The notes: generated by a model from the letters alone, not told the origin. 64,000 bases of DNA from an uncultured Methanosarcinales archaeon (GCA_964452935.1 CAYVNO010000004.1:5519-69518), one strand, 5' to 3'. Shown: positions 50,206 to 60,784, numbered from the stretch's first letter. Program-made: numbers and translations.

Positions 50206-51240
50206 TCAAAACTTAATCAATTGTGAGAATACTGCTGTCATTATTTTCAAACAAACTAGATAGAATGCTTGCGAACCTATGATGAACATTGGTACGTATT
50301 TCACACCACCTCTGATTGTTCCTTTTTCTATAATTGAAACTATCATTGAAGAAAACAATGCTATAATTCCTACAGCGATATGGGAAAATAAGATAAAGTC
50401 ATCTTGGTTAACGCTAACTGCGCCCATTGAAGATAATAATGAGCCTGTTGTTGATGCTCCTTGTGTGGATGTACTTAACATGTCGGTAACCTGTTGTATA
50501 ACTATAAGTAAGTTAAATGATAATGCAAACAGAACAGGTGCAATAAATATAACAATTGCTGCTATGAATATCATATAAGATAGAACAGATGCACTCAACT
50601 CTTCTTTCAATGCTTTTGTTTTCTTCAGACTGTCAACAATTCCATCTAAAACATTGGATATCTTTCCTCCTGCAAGTACTTCTCCTGCAATTAATTCTAT
50701 TGCTCTTCTTAGCATTGGAGAATCGTACTTTTTTGCGAACTCTGTTAAAGCTACGTCTACGTCTGTTCCTGTCATTACTTTTTTTGCAGCTATTGCTATT
50801 TCGTTAGATAAAATTCCGAAACGTGGTTTGATAGCTAACCATAAAGACTTTTCAAAAGACAATCCTCCTTTAAGGTTTGAAGAAACTTCTTGTAAATAAT
50901 CTGGGAGAACTGCTTCCATCTTTCTAGTTCGATTAAATATTTTCAAATCTACAAAGAAGTAGATCATTATCATAAAGAGCCCCATAATTAGTAAAGGAAC
51001 AGCAACCCAGGTAATAAATGCTAAAATAAATACCATTATTCCAGATTGTTTTGACATGTATCCCCAGAAGAAAAAGAAGTATAATGCAAATGTTAATACA
51101 TATGAGAGATAAAATAGTAATCCAAAAAAGTGATATGGAACTTCTTTTAATCCTGCTTTAAGAAAGTACTCTCTAAGATGAGGTCTAAACCTCTTTGGCA
51201 AAAAAGCCTTACCGAATTCTGCTGCAAATGGTACTTTCAT
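50206..51240 (-). CDS. FlaJ/TadC-like (T2SSF family) polytopic membrane protein
   Basis: Paired TM bundles flank a cytoplasmic helical domain. Adjacent to a paralog and a FlaI/VirB11-type ATPase. Confidence 0.65.
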   Translation of the reverse strand: MKVPFAAEFGKAFLPKRFRPHLREYFLKAGLKEVPYHFFGLLFYLSYVLTFALYFFFFWGYMSKQSGIMVFILAFITWVAVPLLIMGLFMIMIYFFVDLKIFNRTRKMEAVLPDYLQEVSSNLKGGLSFEKSLWLAIKPRFGILSNEIAIAAKKVMTGTDVDVALTEFAKKYDSPMLRRAIELIAGEVLAGGKISNVLDGIVDSLKKTKALKEELSASVLSYMIFIAAIVIFIAPVLFALSFNLLIVIQQVTDMLSTSTQGASTTGSLLSSMGAVSVNQDDFILFSHIAVGIIALFSSMIVSIIEKGTIRGGVKYVPMFIIGSQAFYLVCLKIMTAVFSQLIKF

Positions 51241-52049
51241 AGGTTAACACTCAGCCTTGTTGTTTTAAATATACTCATGAATATGAACTGGATAATAACG
51301 AGGAATGAAGCTACTACTAAGAAGATATTTCTTTCGATAGGTATTCCAACTAATCCCCCAATTACTACAAACATCGCCATTCCTAAGGAAGGCATTACTA
51401 CTGCTAAAAGCATGTAAAATAATGCTAATGAATTTAATTTTTTCCCGTATCTTTGAATTTCTGTGAATTGTTCTGCTGTTAGTTCATTTATTACACTTTG
51501 TAGGGGAACTGTTACATCTACCCCTATTTTTATTGCGCTATTTATCTGGAATATGACTCTTCTGAATTTAGCTGAAGGAGAGAACTTTACTGCGTGATCT
51601 AATGCGTCTTCTATTGGTGTCCCCATGTTAATATCTTCTACAATCTCTTTGAAATATTTGCTAGAAACACCATAACTTTCTGAAGCGTCTACTAATGCGT
51701 TTAGTAATGGTCTTCCTGAATGAACTTTTACTAACAAGAACCTACCTGCGAATAATACTTCTCTGTCTAACTCTCTTTTTCTTTTGTTTATTTTATTCTT
51801 TGGAGTCATTGAGAAGAATGCAAAGAATAGTATAAAAAGTAAAACAAATGCTGCTGGAACAATAATTAACGGAAGATTCATTAAGTCAACTATAAAGAAT
51901 GCTAGAGAGCTTAATCCTAGAGAGAAAAAGAATGCTAATTTTAGGATTTTTTTAACAAAAAAGTCTGGTCTTTCTGTGATATGGGCACGTCTAAGATCTT
52001 CTTTTAGATGCGGCATACTGCGTGCAATTTGATGTATTAAATCTACCAA
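51237..52049 (-). CDS. FlaJ/TadB-like (T2SSF family) membrane protein
   Basis: Same architecture as the neighbour; 4-nt overlap with it. Confidence 0.6.
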   Translation of the reverse strand: MVDLIHQIARSMPHLKEDLRRAHITERPDFFVKKILKLAFFFSLGLSSLAFFIVDLMNLPLIIVPAAFVLLFILFFAFFSMTPKNKINKRKRELDREVLFAGRFLLVKVHSGRPLLNALVDASESYGVSSKYFKEIVEDINMGTPIEDALDHAVKFSPSAKFRRVIFQINSAIKIGVDVTVPLQSVINELTAEQFTEIQRYGKKLNSLALFYMLLAVVMPSLGMAMFVVIGGLVGIPIERNIFLVVASFLVIIQFIFMSIFKTTRLSVNL

Positions 52050-52062
52050 TAAGTCCTCCCCC

Positions 52063-53517
52063 TCATTTGATGATAAGTTTTCCCCTATAATACTTTGACA
52101 TGATCATTCCTATGTCATTAACTTCTCTTCTGTTATTATCAACTAACCATTTCAATATTTTTTCTTTTTCTGTAAGATCTTTTTTAATATCAGCGTCAGT
52201 CATTCCTGTAAATAGATTTATTGTTTTATTAATAGTTTTTAGTGGGTTTTTCCATTCTGCCTGGTCTTTTTGTGCGTTGTATTGCATCACTATATTAAGA
52301 TCCCCTGTTGGAAGTATTTCTGCAAATTGCAGGGATCTTCTTTGATTTGTTCTTCTGTTTCTATTTTGAATTAGAATACCTGAAACTGCAGGCAGTACAA
52401 GTTTTGGAAGATCAATAGGGGGATTTGTTAGCCTCATCACTGTTTCTTCTGAATCATTTGCGTGAAATGTTCCGTAACAGCTATGACCTGTGTGAACGGC
52501 TTCGAATAATGTTTCTGCTTCTTCTGCTTTTCTTATTTCTCCCATTATTATTCTATCAGGTCTCATTCTTAATGAGTTAATTATTAAGTCAAGCATTGTA
52601 ACTCCACCTTTTCCTTCTGGATTTGGCATTCTTGTAGCTAGAGGAACCCAGTGAAGGGTGTCAGGGAGTTGAAGCTCTCTTGTATCTTCTATTGAGATAA
52701 CTCTTTGATTTGGTGGTAAAAAAGAGGATATAACATTCAGCATAGATGTTTTACCAGAACCTGTTCCACCTGCTATTAATAATGATAGTTCGTTCTGCAT
52801 ACACAACCATATCAAAGCGGCGGTTTTGTAGTCGATTGTTTTTGTTTTAAGGAAGTCGGTTATTGTCCATGGTTCTGCTGCGAACTTTCTTATTGTTATT
52901 GTATTTCCGTTTGCAGAGATAGGGTTTAGAGTTGCGTTAACTCTGTCTCCTGTTAATAGGTGAGCGTCCATAAGAGGGGAGAGAATTGTTATCTCTTTGT
53001 TTACATCTCTTCCAATCATTGTTGAGAAATGTCTGATTCTTTCTTCGCTTGGAATAATCACGTTTGTTTTAAGCCATGCATGTTTTTTGTGATAGATCCA
53101 TACAGGATCTTTAGAGCTGTTCACAACAATCTCTTCTATATTTGAGTCTTTTAGTAGGATTTCTATATTTCCTAATCCCAGGTTTTGTTCTATAACATAG
53201 TTAATAAGCATATCTTTTGTATCATCATCTGCGTTTGGGAAGTATTTTTTTAATAGAATTGTTAGCTCTTTCTTAAACTCTGCTTTGATTGTTTCTAATC
53301 CGCCTGATTCAGATAACTGAATTACTCCTACACCAACATCTGATATGAATTCTTGTCTTATTTTTTCAAGAATAACTTTTGTAGTCTTACTCATATTAGT
53401 AATACTAACTGTGTATTTTGGTACAGTATCCTCTTCATGAAAGACTATATTTACTTCTACAAGAACATTATTAACATTTAATTTATATGTGTCTAAAACA
53501 GTTTTTTCTTTTTCCAT
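52063..53517 (-). CDS. Type II/IV secretion-system ATPase (FlaI/PilB/VirB11 family)
   Basis: Walker A LLIAGGTGSGKTS, Asp box RVISIEDTRELQL, Walker B DRIIMGEIR and His box GHSCYGTFHA. Confidence 0.9.
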   Translation of the reverse strand: MEKEKTVLDTYKLNVNNVLVEVNIVFHEEDTVPKYTVSITNMSKTTKVILEKIRQEFISDVGVGVIQLSESGGLETIKAEFKKELTILLKKYFPNADDDTKDMLINYVIEQNLGLGNIEILLKDSNIEEIVVNSSKDPVWIYHKKHAWLKTNVIIPSEERIRHFSTMIGRDVNKEITILSPLMDAHLLTGDRVNATLNPISANGNTITIRKFAAEPWTITDFLKTKTIDYKTAALIWLCMQNELSLLIAGGTGSGKTSMLNVISSFLPPNQRVISIEDTRELQLPDTLHWVPLATRMPNPEGKGGVTMLDLIINSLRMRPDRIIMGEIRKAEEAETLFEAVHTGHSCYGTFHANDSEETVMRLTNPPIDLPKLVLPAVSGILIQNRNRRTNQRRSLQFAEILPTGDLNIVMQYNAQKDQAEWKNPLKTINKTINLFTGMTDADIKKDLTEKEKILKWLVDNNRREVNDIGMIMSKYYRGKLIIK

Positions 53518-53523
53518 TCTCTA

Positions 53524-54588
53524 TCATTTTGAAGGTGATGGTGGAGCATCCATTTCCTTTTTCTCTTCTTTTTGTTTAGGGAGAGTATCTATTTTCTTTT
53601 CTTCTTTTGGTTTTTTCTTTAGAAAACCGAAGAATCCTTTTTTCTTTGGAGCATCTTCTGCTTTTTTAGGAGGAGCGTCTATTTTTGGAGCTTCCCCTGG
53701 TTTTGGAGGAGAATCTATTTTTGGAGCTTCCCCTGGTTTTGGAGGAGAATCTATTTTTGGAGCTTCTTTTGGAGGGGCATCTATTTTTGGAGCTTCTTCC
53801 TTTTTAGGAGGAGTGTCTATCTTTGCTGGTTCACCTGGAGCAGTAGGTTTTTGTATGTTAATTTCTCCTGCAGCTCCTTCAACACCCATATCTATTAATT
53901 TATGTAATCTTAGAATTTTCTTGTAAAGAATTGATTTCTCGTATAGAAAACCGTCAGGGAGTTCGTTGTATAATCTGTTGATTTCATAGAACTCTTTTTT
54001 TGCAAGATCCATTTTTCTATCTTTTATGTATCCTAATGAGTTATCAATATGATCATGGATTTCTTCTGTTTTCTTAGTCAGGACATCGAATGATTTCTTA
54101 TTGAATGCGTTTACAAGTGTGCTGTAAAAAGCTAGAATTTCATTTTCCATCTCCATCTTTCTTTCAGCAAACGCGTCTGGAAGTTCTTTGAATACACCTC
54201 TTACTTCGAGATATAGTTGATTAGCTTTTTTTACTTCTCCGGTTTTTAAGCCTTCTCTTGCTTTTGCTAAGAGTCCTTTGATTATCTCTGTCTTTTTATC
54301 CATTTCTAGTTTTAAACTATTTAGACTTTCAAGAAGTTCTATATTTATTTCATTTATTTCTCGATGTAATTTTCTTTTTTCTTCTTCTTGTTTCTTTGCT
54401 AGATTTGCAAAGTTATCTTTAACAGCAAAGTATACTTTTTCTGCTTCTTTGAAATCTTTTTTTCTTATTAATTCTTTTACTTTGATTATTTGATCCTCTA
54501 TTGTTTTATCAGTAAAGTATTCAGCGCCTTTTGACACAAGATCCTTGTGTTTTTCAGCTTCCGTGTTTAAAAATTCATCAATGTCCAT
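53524..54588 (-). CDS. Coiled-coil protein with C-terminal Pro/Lys-rich tandem repeats
   Basis: About 240 aa helical, then (E)APKID(A/S/T)PPK(P/K) repeats. Confidence 0.55.
   Translation of the reverse strand: MDIDEFLNTEAEKHKDLVSKGAEYFTDKTIEDQIIKVKELIRKKDFKEAEKVYFAVKDNFANLAKKQEEEKRKLHREINEINIELLESLNSLKLEMDKKTEIIKGLLAKAREGLKTGEVKKANQLYLEVRGVFKELPDAFAERKMEMENEILAFYSTLVNAFNKKSFDVLTKKTEEIHDHIDNSLGYIKDRKMDLAKKEFYEINRLYNELPDGFLYEKSILYKKILRLHKLIDMGVEGAAGEINIQKPTAPGEPAKIDTPPKKEEAPKIDAPPKEAPKIDSPPKPGEAPKIDSPPKPGEAPKIDAPPKKAEDAPKKKGFFGFLKKKPKEEKKIDTLPKQKEEKKEMDAPPSPSK
53648..53824. repeat. In-frame tandem DNA repeat, 30-39 nt units, two perfect 36-nt copies
   Basis: GGAGCTTCCCCTGGTTTTGGAGGAGAATCTATTTTT occurs at 53687-53722 and 53723-53758, with degenerate copies on both sides. 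Confidence 0.85.
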
Positions 54589-54600
54589 GATAACCGCCCC

Positions 54601-55071
54601 CTATTCCTCCTCATCAGTTTGTAAAAATTCAAAATATCTTTTCCATAATAAACTAACTTTTGAACTTGGTAGTCCTTTATCTCTTGCTTTCTCACAAAAC
54701 ACTTTTTTCATTGATTCTTTGTTAGCGTTTAGATATTTAAGCCACAAAAGTCTAATTTGACTGTCTTTTATGCCTCTTTTTCTTGCTTTGTCATAGAAAA
54801 CTTCCCTAGTATCGAATCCCACATAAGTCATATCTAGTTTTTTATCTGATTGTTCTTCGATATATATGTAAGGGGTTGTGAATTTATATTCAATTCCTAT
54901 AATCCCTTCTTCAACAAGAAAGTCGCTCCACGCTTGAATTGTAGAGATTGGAACGTTTAATTCCTTAGCTGCATCAGCTATAGTCATCTTACCTTTTTTC
55001 TTCAATAATCCAAGAAAATCATCTACATCAGTCCTAAGACTATTATCCTCTTTTTCCTTTTCCTCTTCCAT
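54601..55071 (-). CDS. wHTH protein with a duplicated C-terminal helical motif
   Basis: MTIADAAKELNVPISTIQAWSDFLVEEGIIGIEY (wHTH), then YDKARKRGIKDSQIRLLWLKYL / CEKARDKGLPSSKVSLLWKRYF. Confidence 0.55.
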   Translation of the reverse strand: MEEEKEKEDNSLRTDVDDFLGLLKKKGKMTIADAAKELNVPISTIQAWSDFLVEEGIIGIEYKFTTPYIYIEEQSDKKLDMTYVGFDTREVFYDKARKRGIKDSQIRLLWLKYLNANKESMKKVFCEKARDKGLPSSKVSLLWKRYFEFLQTDEEE

Positions 55072-55134
55072 GTGTGTTTCTTGTGTTGATCTATATATAA
55101 GCTTTGTTTACTATGTCGGAGTGGGAAGGGAGAA

Positions 55135-56196
55135 TTAGTCTAGATTTCCTTCAACCATTATATCGTTGCCTATTTTTCTTATTTGTGTTGTGTTTAGGTT
55201 TATTGATTTGTCCATTGTTTTGATGTTTAGGTTGTTGAATATGTTTATCCCTGTTCCGATTATTTTTGGAGCTATGAATAGGACTATTTTATCTGCTAGT
55301 TTTAATGCTGAGGTGTGTATTTTAGATCCACCTTCTATTAGTACGGATGATATATTTCTTTTTCCTAATTCCCTTATTAATTCTTTTAGGTTAACTTGTT
55401 GTTTACCACAAATAATAATGTCTTTTACTTTATTCTTTAGTAGTTTGTATTTCTTTTTATTGTACTTTTTTGAACAGATTAATATTACGTTGTTGTCTCT
55501 TAGTACTTTTGCATTCAAATGGATTCTTAGTTTTGAGTCAATAATTATTCTTATTGGATCTTTGCCTTGCGGAATTCTGCATGTTAATCTTGGATCATCT
55601 TTTAGTACTGTGTTTATTCCTACTAGAATTGCATCATTATTTTTTCTTAATATATGGGAGTGTTCTCTGCTTTGTTTTGAAGAGATCCATTTTGAGTGGC
55701 CAGTTTGAGTGGCAATTTTACCATCTAAAGTAATTGCTGCTTTTAGTGTTATGAATGGTGTTTTTGTTGTTATGTATTTAATGAATTTTTGATTTAATTG
55801 TTTTGCTTCTTTTTCTAATACTCCAGTAATTACTTTGATATTATTGTTTTTTAATATTTTTATTGAGTCAACTAATTGATTTGGATCTTTCATTGCTATG
55901 ACTACTTTTTTTATTTTAGAGTTTATTATTGCGTTTACACAAGGAGGTGTTTTTCCGTAATGAGAACAAGGTTCTAATGTTACATACATTGTTGCGTTTT
56001 TTGCTCTTTTTCCTGCTTTTTTTAGAGCTAAGATTTCAGCGTGTTCGTGTCCAGGTTTAATATGGTGTGCTTTTGAGATTATTTTGTTTTTGAATAAACC
56101 TTTTTTTACTATTACGCAGCCTACTTTTGGGTTTGGTGAAGGTTGTGATTTATTTGCTTCTTGTAAAGCTAGTTGCATGTAGTGTTTATGATTCAT
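55135..56196 (-). CDS. ribD: Bifunctional riboflavin biosynthesis deaminase/reductase
   Basis: HAEILAL and [11 protein letters not shown] deaminase motifs plus a C-terminal reductase domain. Confidence 0.9.
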   Translation of the reverse strand: MNHKHYMQLALQEANKSQPSPNPKVGCVIVKKGLFKNKIISKAHHIKPGHEHAEILALKKAGKRAKNATMYVTLEPCSHYGKTPPCVNAIINSKIKKVVIAMKDPNQLVDSIKILKNNNIKVITGVLEKEAKQLNQKFIKYITTKTPFITLKAAITLDGKIATQTGHSKWISSKQSREHSHILRKNNDAILVGINTVLKDDPRLTCRIPQGKDPIRIIIDSKLRIHLNAKVLRDNNVILICSKKYNKKKYKLLKNKVKDIIICGKQQVNLKELIRELGKRNISSVLIEGGSKIHTSALKLADKIVLFIAPKIIGTGINIFNNLNIKTMDKSINLNTTQIRKIGNDIMVEGNLD

Positions 56197-57386
56197 TTTA
56201 GAAGATGGCCTAGTTTTTTCTTTTTTGTTGATAGGTATTTTTTGTTTTGTTTATTAGGTCTAATTTGAATAGGAACTCTTTTTGTGATTTTTAGTCCGTA
56301 ACCTTTTAATCCGATTATTTTTTTTGGGTTATTTGTTATTAGTTTAATTGTTGTTAGCCCTAAGTCTTTCAGAATTTGAGCTCCGATTCCATAATCTCTT
56401 AAGTCTGCTTTGAATCCTAATTTTTTATTTGCCTCGACAGTGTCATATCCGTTGTCTTGCAGATGGTAAGCTTTGAGTTTGTTTACTAGACCAATTCCTC
56501 TTCCTTCTTGTCTCATGTAGAGTATAACTCCTCCTTGTTTGTTAATTAATTTCATGGTGTGTTTTAGTTGATCTCCGCAATCACACCTTAGACTTGATAG
56601 AAGATCCCCTGTAAAGCATTCTGAATGGACTCTAACAAGAACGTTTTTCTTATTTTTTATTTTTCCTTTTATTATTGCAATGTGTGCTTTATTATCAGTT
56701 TTATCTAAGTATGGAATTAATCGGAATTCACCAAATTCTGTTGGGAGAGTTATTTCACAACATTTTTCTATCAATGTTTCATTCTTTCTTCTGTGATGTA
56801 TTAAGTCTGCTATTGAGATAATTTTGAGTTTATGTTTTTTTGCGAAACTAAATAGTTCTTTTCCTTTCATCATCTCTCCATTTTTGTTCATCATTTCTCC
56901 GATTACACCTGCAGGGTATAATTTAGAGATTTTACATAAATCAACTGTTGCTTCTGTGTGTCCTGCTCGTTTTAGAACTCCGGAAGGGTTTGCTCTCAAC
57001 GGAAATAAATGTCCTGGTTTTGCTAAGTCATCTGGGTTTGTTTTTTCGTTGATTATTGTTTTAATTGTTTTGTATCTGTCGTATGCGGAAACTCCTGTTT
57101 TTACTCCGTGTTTTGCGTCAACAGACACAGTGAATGGTGTGTTAAATGAGTCTGTGTTATTTTTTACCATGGGCGTTAAATCTAGTTTTTCTAGTCGTTT
57201 GTGTGAACAAGGAAGACAGAGAATTCCTGAAGTGTGTTCTAGCATAAAGCTGATCTTTTTTGGTGTGATCTTTGATGCTGGACACATTAGGTCTCCTTCA
57301 TTCTCTCGGTCATTGTCGTCTACAATTATTATTAAGTTGCCTTTTTTTAATTCACTAATGGCCTCTTTGATTGTGTTGAACTTCAC
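56193..57386 (-). CDS. ribBA: Bifunctional DHBP synthase / GTP cyclohydrolase II
   Basis: [12 protein letters not shown] (RibB) and [16 protein letters not shown] (RibA). GTG 57386 overlaps the ribH TGA (GTGA) and gives the family-typical N-terminus (M)KFNTIKEAI. The track ATG at 57413 is less likely. Confidence 0.9.
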   Translation of the reverse strand: MKFNTIKEAISELKKGNLIIIVDDNDRENEGDLMCPASKITPKKISFMLEHTSGILCLPCSHKRLEKLDLTPMVKNNTDSFNTPFTVSVDAKHGVKTGVSAYDRYKTIKTIINEKTNPDDLAKPGHLFPLRANPSGVLKRAGHTEATVDLCKISKLYPAGVIGEMMNKNGEMMKGKELFSFAKKHKLKIISIADLIHHRRKNETLIEKCCEITLPTEFGEFRLIPYLDKTDNKAHIAIIKGKIKNKKNVLVRVHSECFTGDLLSSLRCDCGDQLKHTMKLINKQGGVILYMRQEGRGIGLVNKLKAYHLQDNGYDTVEANKKLGFKADLRDYGIGAQILKDLGLTTIKLITNNPKKIIGLKGYGLKITKRVPIQIRPNKQNKKYLSTKKKKLGHLLK

Positions 57387-57793
57387 TTTACAGCCCTTAT
57401 CATTTTTACACATGATTCTACTGCTCTCTTCGAATATCCTTCAAGACGTTTGATACCTTGAGCATGACTCATTTTTGGTCCGCTTACCCCCAAGGATACT
57501 GGTTTGTTGAATTGAACGCTTAAGTCACAAACTTTTCTTGCTGCGTTTCCTCCAACAACATCATCGTGAGATGTATCTCCTTCGATTACTGCTCCTAATG
57601 TTACAACACCATCAATCTCTGGTTTTTCTAGAAGTTTTTTTACTGCTAATGGCATGTCAAAAACTCCTGGAACATGTATTGTTTTAACAACTGGTATTCC
57701 TAGAAACTCAGCATGCTCGTTAGCTAATTTTTCCATTGTGTGCGTTATATCTGCATTGTAGTCAGATACAACTAATCCTATCTTTTCGTGCAT
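57383..57793 (-). CDS. ribH: 6,7-dimethyl-8-ribityllumazine synthase
   Basis: 136 aa; [10 protein letters not shown] and [14 protein letters not shown] patterns. Confidence 0.85.
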   Translation of the reverse strand: MHEKIGLVVSDYNADITHTMEKLANEHAEFLGIPVVKTIHVPGVFDMPLAVKKLLEKPEIDGVVTLGAVIEGDTSHDDVVGGNAARKVCDLSVQFNKPVSLGVSGPKMSHAQGIKRLEGYSKRAVESCVKMIRAVK

Positions 57794-57815
57794 TTATATC
57801 CCCCCAACTAATAAT

Positions 57816-58289
57816 TTATCTAATATACTCGTTTATTGGACCATGGTCTTCATGGCCTTGTCTTTTTCCTTGGCCAGCTTGATTTTGTAATGCTGATTTG
57901 TTTTTTGCTAGTGCGATTGCGTTTATTGTGTGTTTTTCTGTTCTGTCTTTTGTTATTTTGTAGAGTTCATTGTCGTCGTTTGCTTCGTCTAGATGAATAA
58001 AAACTTCTAAGATGTGTTTGTTTGTTAGTAGTTGTGCTTGAATAATTCCTTGCGAAGCTTGGTTTGCGCATTGTTTATCTATTGGCATTGGACCAGGCAT
58101 TCCTAAAGCTAGGCAGATGTTACATCCATGTTCTTCTAAGAGTTTTTTACAAGCAACTGGTAGGTCTTTTACACCAGGTACTGTGTATCTTTCTATTTGA
58201 ATTTCTTCTTCTGAATTTTCTATTGCATCTTTTGCAAATTTAAACATATCTGTTACTGCGAACAATGTGTCTGCTATTCCTATTTTCAT
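57816..58289 (-). CDS. ribC: Archaeal-type riboflavin synthase
   Basis: MKIGIADTLFAVTDM N-terminus and a ~155-aa lumazine-synthase-like fold, as in methanogen riboflavin synthase. Operon context. Confidence 0.75.
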   Translation of the reverse strand: MKIGIADTLFAVTDMFKFAKDAIENSEEEIQIERYTVPGVKDLPVACKKLLEEHGCNICLALGMPGPMPIDKQCANQASQGIIQAQLLTNKHILEVFIHLDEANDDNELYKITKDRTEKHTINAIALAKNKSALQNQAGQGKRQGHEDHGPINEYIR

Positions 58290-58924
58290 TTTATGATTAC
58301 CTCATCTCCATCTTCTATGTTAAGTTCTTTTCTTAATTTGTTTTCTGCTATAATTTCGACTGTGTCTAAAGAATAATTTGTTCTTTCTGGAATAATTAGT
58401 GCTGCGTTTGTGTTGTTTATTGTGATGTTATAGCAGATTAGTGAACCAAATGTTCTTTCTTTTGTTTTGAAACCGTTTATTTTTGTTTTTGGTTTATTTA
58501 TTAAGAATGATTCTGTCTGGTTTTCTTTTGTTTTTAGATTTAATGTGCCTTCGAATGGTGTGAATTTGAGAATCTTTTTTAGTTGGTTTTTATAGTTTGG
58601 TTGTTTCATGTAGAAAGCTCCTTCTCCTAAACCTGAACTTACTTTTCCTTTGAGTTTTGTTTGTTTTTCAAAAAGATTTTTTAGGTTTATGTAATATTGT
58701 TTTAGGATTTGTTTTCCTTGATCTGTTAGTTTGATTGTTATTCCATCATTTGTTACTGTTCTTTGAATTATGTTTGAGTTTTGAAGTTCTCTTAGCTTCC
58801 TTGATACTGATTGTTGTGAGATATCAAGTTGTTTTGCTAGTTTGCTAGTTGATGTGTTTAAAGATTTGTTTAATTCGGTGTGTTTTGATAGATGGAATAA
58901 TAGATGTAAGTTTCTCTTTTTCAT
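58286..58924 (-). CDS. wHTH fused to CTP-dependent riboflavin kinase (RbkR-like regulator/enzyme)
   Basis: N-terminal LAKQLDISQQSVSRKLRELQ HTH and C-terminal GLGEGAFYM ... FEGTLNL kinase motifs. Confidence 0.8.
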   Translation of the reverse strand: MKKRNLHLLFHLSKHTELNKSLNTSTSKLAKQLDISQQSVSRKLRELQNSNIIQRTVTNDGITIKLTDQGKQILKQYYINLKNLFEKQTKLKGKVSSGLGEGAFYMKQPNYKNQLKKILKFTPFEGTLNLKTKENQTESFLINKPKTKINGFKTKERTFGSLICYNITINNTNAALIIPERTNYSLDTVEIIAENKLRKELNIEDGDEVIIK

Positions 58925-59050
58925 GTCTATTTGGAGTTATTGTTTACTTATAAATGTTATGCTACCCATATTTGAGTGGGTTTTTTTAGAAAAATTTAAA
59001 TAGTTTAAAGTCTATTGATAATCAGTTGTGTTAATCAGTTGGAGGGTTGT

Positions 59051-59374
59051 ATGATAGACGAACGAGTTAATGTTATAGAAGAACTTAGCAAGGTTTTTGT
59101 GTCTGAGTTAGAGAGAAGAGCGCAGAAAGTTAAGATTAGGAAGGATGTTGTTGTTAGAAAGAAGAAAATTAAGAGAGCTAAGCCACTAAAACCATTAAAG
59201 AGAGCTTTGAATATGAATATTTACAAAAGAAAGGCTATTGATCCTGATTTTGTTGAGATTCCTGTGATTATTGATATGAAGAAGGCGATGGAAGATTATA
59301 ATTCTATTGATTATCAGGTGTTAATGTTTAATAAACACAGAAGTAAGATTGTGCATTGGCATGTTGTTGACTAA
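59051..59374 (+). CDS. Small Lys-rich hypothetical protein
   Basis: ATG 59051 follows GGAGGG. No family recognised. Confidence 0.4.
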   Translation: MIDERVNVIEELSKVFVSELERRAQKVKIRKDVVVRKKKIKRAKPLKPLKRALNMNIYKRKAIDPDFVEIPVIIDMKKAMEDYNSIDYQVLMFNKHRSKIVHWHVVD

Positions 59375-60198
59375 AGTATCATCTTTGTTATTGACCAATC
59401 TATAAATATATCTGAGATTGAAGACAAATGATTATGAATTATTTTTATTTTGTTCTTGTTTGTTAGATCAAAGAATGATTTACATGAGTCAATGTCTAAT
59501 TCTTTCATTGTTTTTTGTATTGTTTTGATGAGTTCTGTTGTTTTTTCTAGTTCTTTTTTGTTTAGGTTATCAGAAACAATATGATCTGCTATTTTTTCTA
59601 ATTCTGATGAGATCTCGACGATATAAAATAGTTCAATATGTTTTAGATTAGATGTTCTTTTGAACATTAATGTACTCATTGCTGCTTTTCTTATTGAGAT
59701 ATTACTTCTGTCAATCTCTTCCTCGTATCTGTCGATTAAATCTTTATTATGTGTTTCTTTGATTAGATCAATCATGCTTAATACTTTTCTTATCATAATT
59801 GAAAGTAAAACATCTGGTTCTTTTGTGAAAATTGGAGCTTCACATGTTACCTGGTTTTTTCCAAACTCGACAAATTCTATGCCCCCCATGTGTTCTTTGT
59901 ATAATAAGATATCATTTGAGTCAATCTCTTTGTTTAATTTTATTTTGAATGACTTAACTGGGTTTAGAAATGCAGCTTTGATGTAGTTATTAATGAAAGT
60001 TGGTTCTGAGTCAGGCATTGTTATCTCTAATGTTTGTTCATCTTTTTTGTTTTCGAATGGTGTGATCATTAATTTTCCTTCAGGTGACGTGTCTAAAAGT
60101 AATTTAGATTTTGGATCTATTTTATTATTCTTACACCATTGTGCTGGTAGATAGACATAATATGTTGTTCCTGATCTTTGAATATTTCTTAGTTCCAT
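59371..60198 (-). CDS. AbrB/SpoVT-domain + PhoU-like domain regulator
   Basis: YYVYLPAQWCKNNKIDPKSKLLL (AbrB-like) followed by helical PhoU-like repeats. Confidence 0.65.
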   Translation of the reverse strand: MELRNIQRSGTTYYVYLPAQWCKNNKIDPKSKLLLDTSPEGKLMITPFENKKDEQTLEITMPDSEPTFINNYIKAAFLNPVKSFKIKLNKEIDSNDILLYKEHMGGIEFVEFGKNQVTCEAPIFTKEPDVLLSIMIRKVLSMIDLIKETHNKDLIDRYEEEIDRSNISIRKAAMSTLMFKRTSNLKHIELFYIVEISSELEKIADHIVSDNLNKKELEKTTELIKTIQKTMKELDIDSCKSFFDLTNKNKIKIIHNHLSSISDIFIDWSITKMIL

Positions 60199-60305
60199 AC
60201 TTATATCTAGGTAGATGTACTTATATTTAAGTGTTTACTTTTTTTCTATATAGAAAGTAAATAATAGACTAAAATTTTATATATTACTAGGTTCTATGTA
60301 CTAGA

Positions 60306-60749
60306 ATGAAGAAAGTGATGATTGTAGATGATGAGTTTACTATAAGAGAGCTAGTAGAGATGACACTTGATTCTGATTATGAGGTTATTAAAGCAGAGAA
60401 TGGGTTAGATGCTTTGCAAAAGATTGATGGAAATATGCCTGATTTGATAATCCTTGATATAATGATGCCACAGATGGACGGGTTTGAGGTTTGTAAGAAG
60501 TTGAAGAGTGATGAAAAAACAAAGCATATCCCAATAATCATGTTAACAGCAAAGCATGAGTTAGAAGATGTTAAAAGAGCGATTAAAACAGATGTTGATG
60601 AGTATGTTACAAAACCTTTTGAACCAGAGTTATTAAGAAGAAGAGTTGAAGAGAACTTTAAGGCAAGAGAAAACAATGAGGAGATAAAAAGAAAATTGTT
60701 TAAGTATGGCAAAAGTTTGCATTATATTAAAGGGAATAGGTTGAGTTGA
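60306..60749 (+). CDS. Canonical stand-alone response-regulator receiver
   Basis: MIVDDE, DLIILDIMMPQMDG, IIMLTA and YVTKPF; all phospho-acceptor residues are present. Confidence 0.9.
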   Translation: MKKVMIVDDEFTIRELVEMTLDSDYEVIKAENGLDALQKIDGNMPDLIILDIMMPQMDGFEVCKKLKSDEKTKHIPIIMLTAKHELEDVKRAIKTDVDEYVTKPFEPELLRRRVEENFKARENNEEIKRKLFKYGKSLHYIKGNRLS

Positions 60750-60784
60750 GAAAGTTTATATATCAGTTTGTGTTCTATAGGAGT

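Noticed and set aside
53648-53824. CRISPR-like regular repeats
   Set aside because: The units are contiguous with no spacers, lie in frame inside a long ORF, and encode a Pro/Lys-rich peptide repeat.
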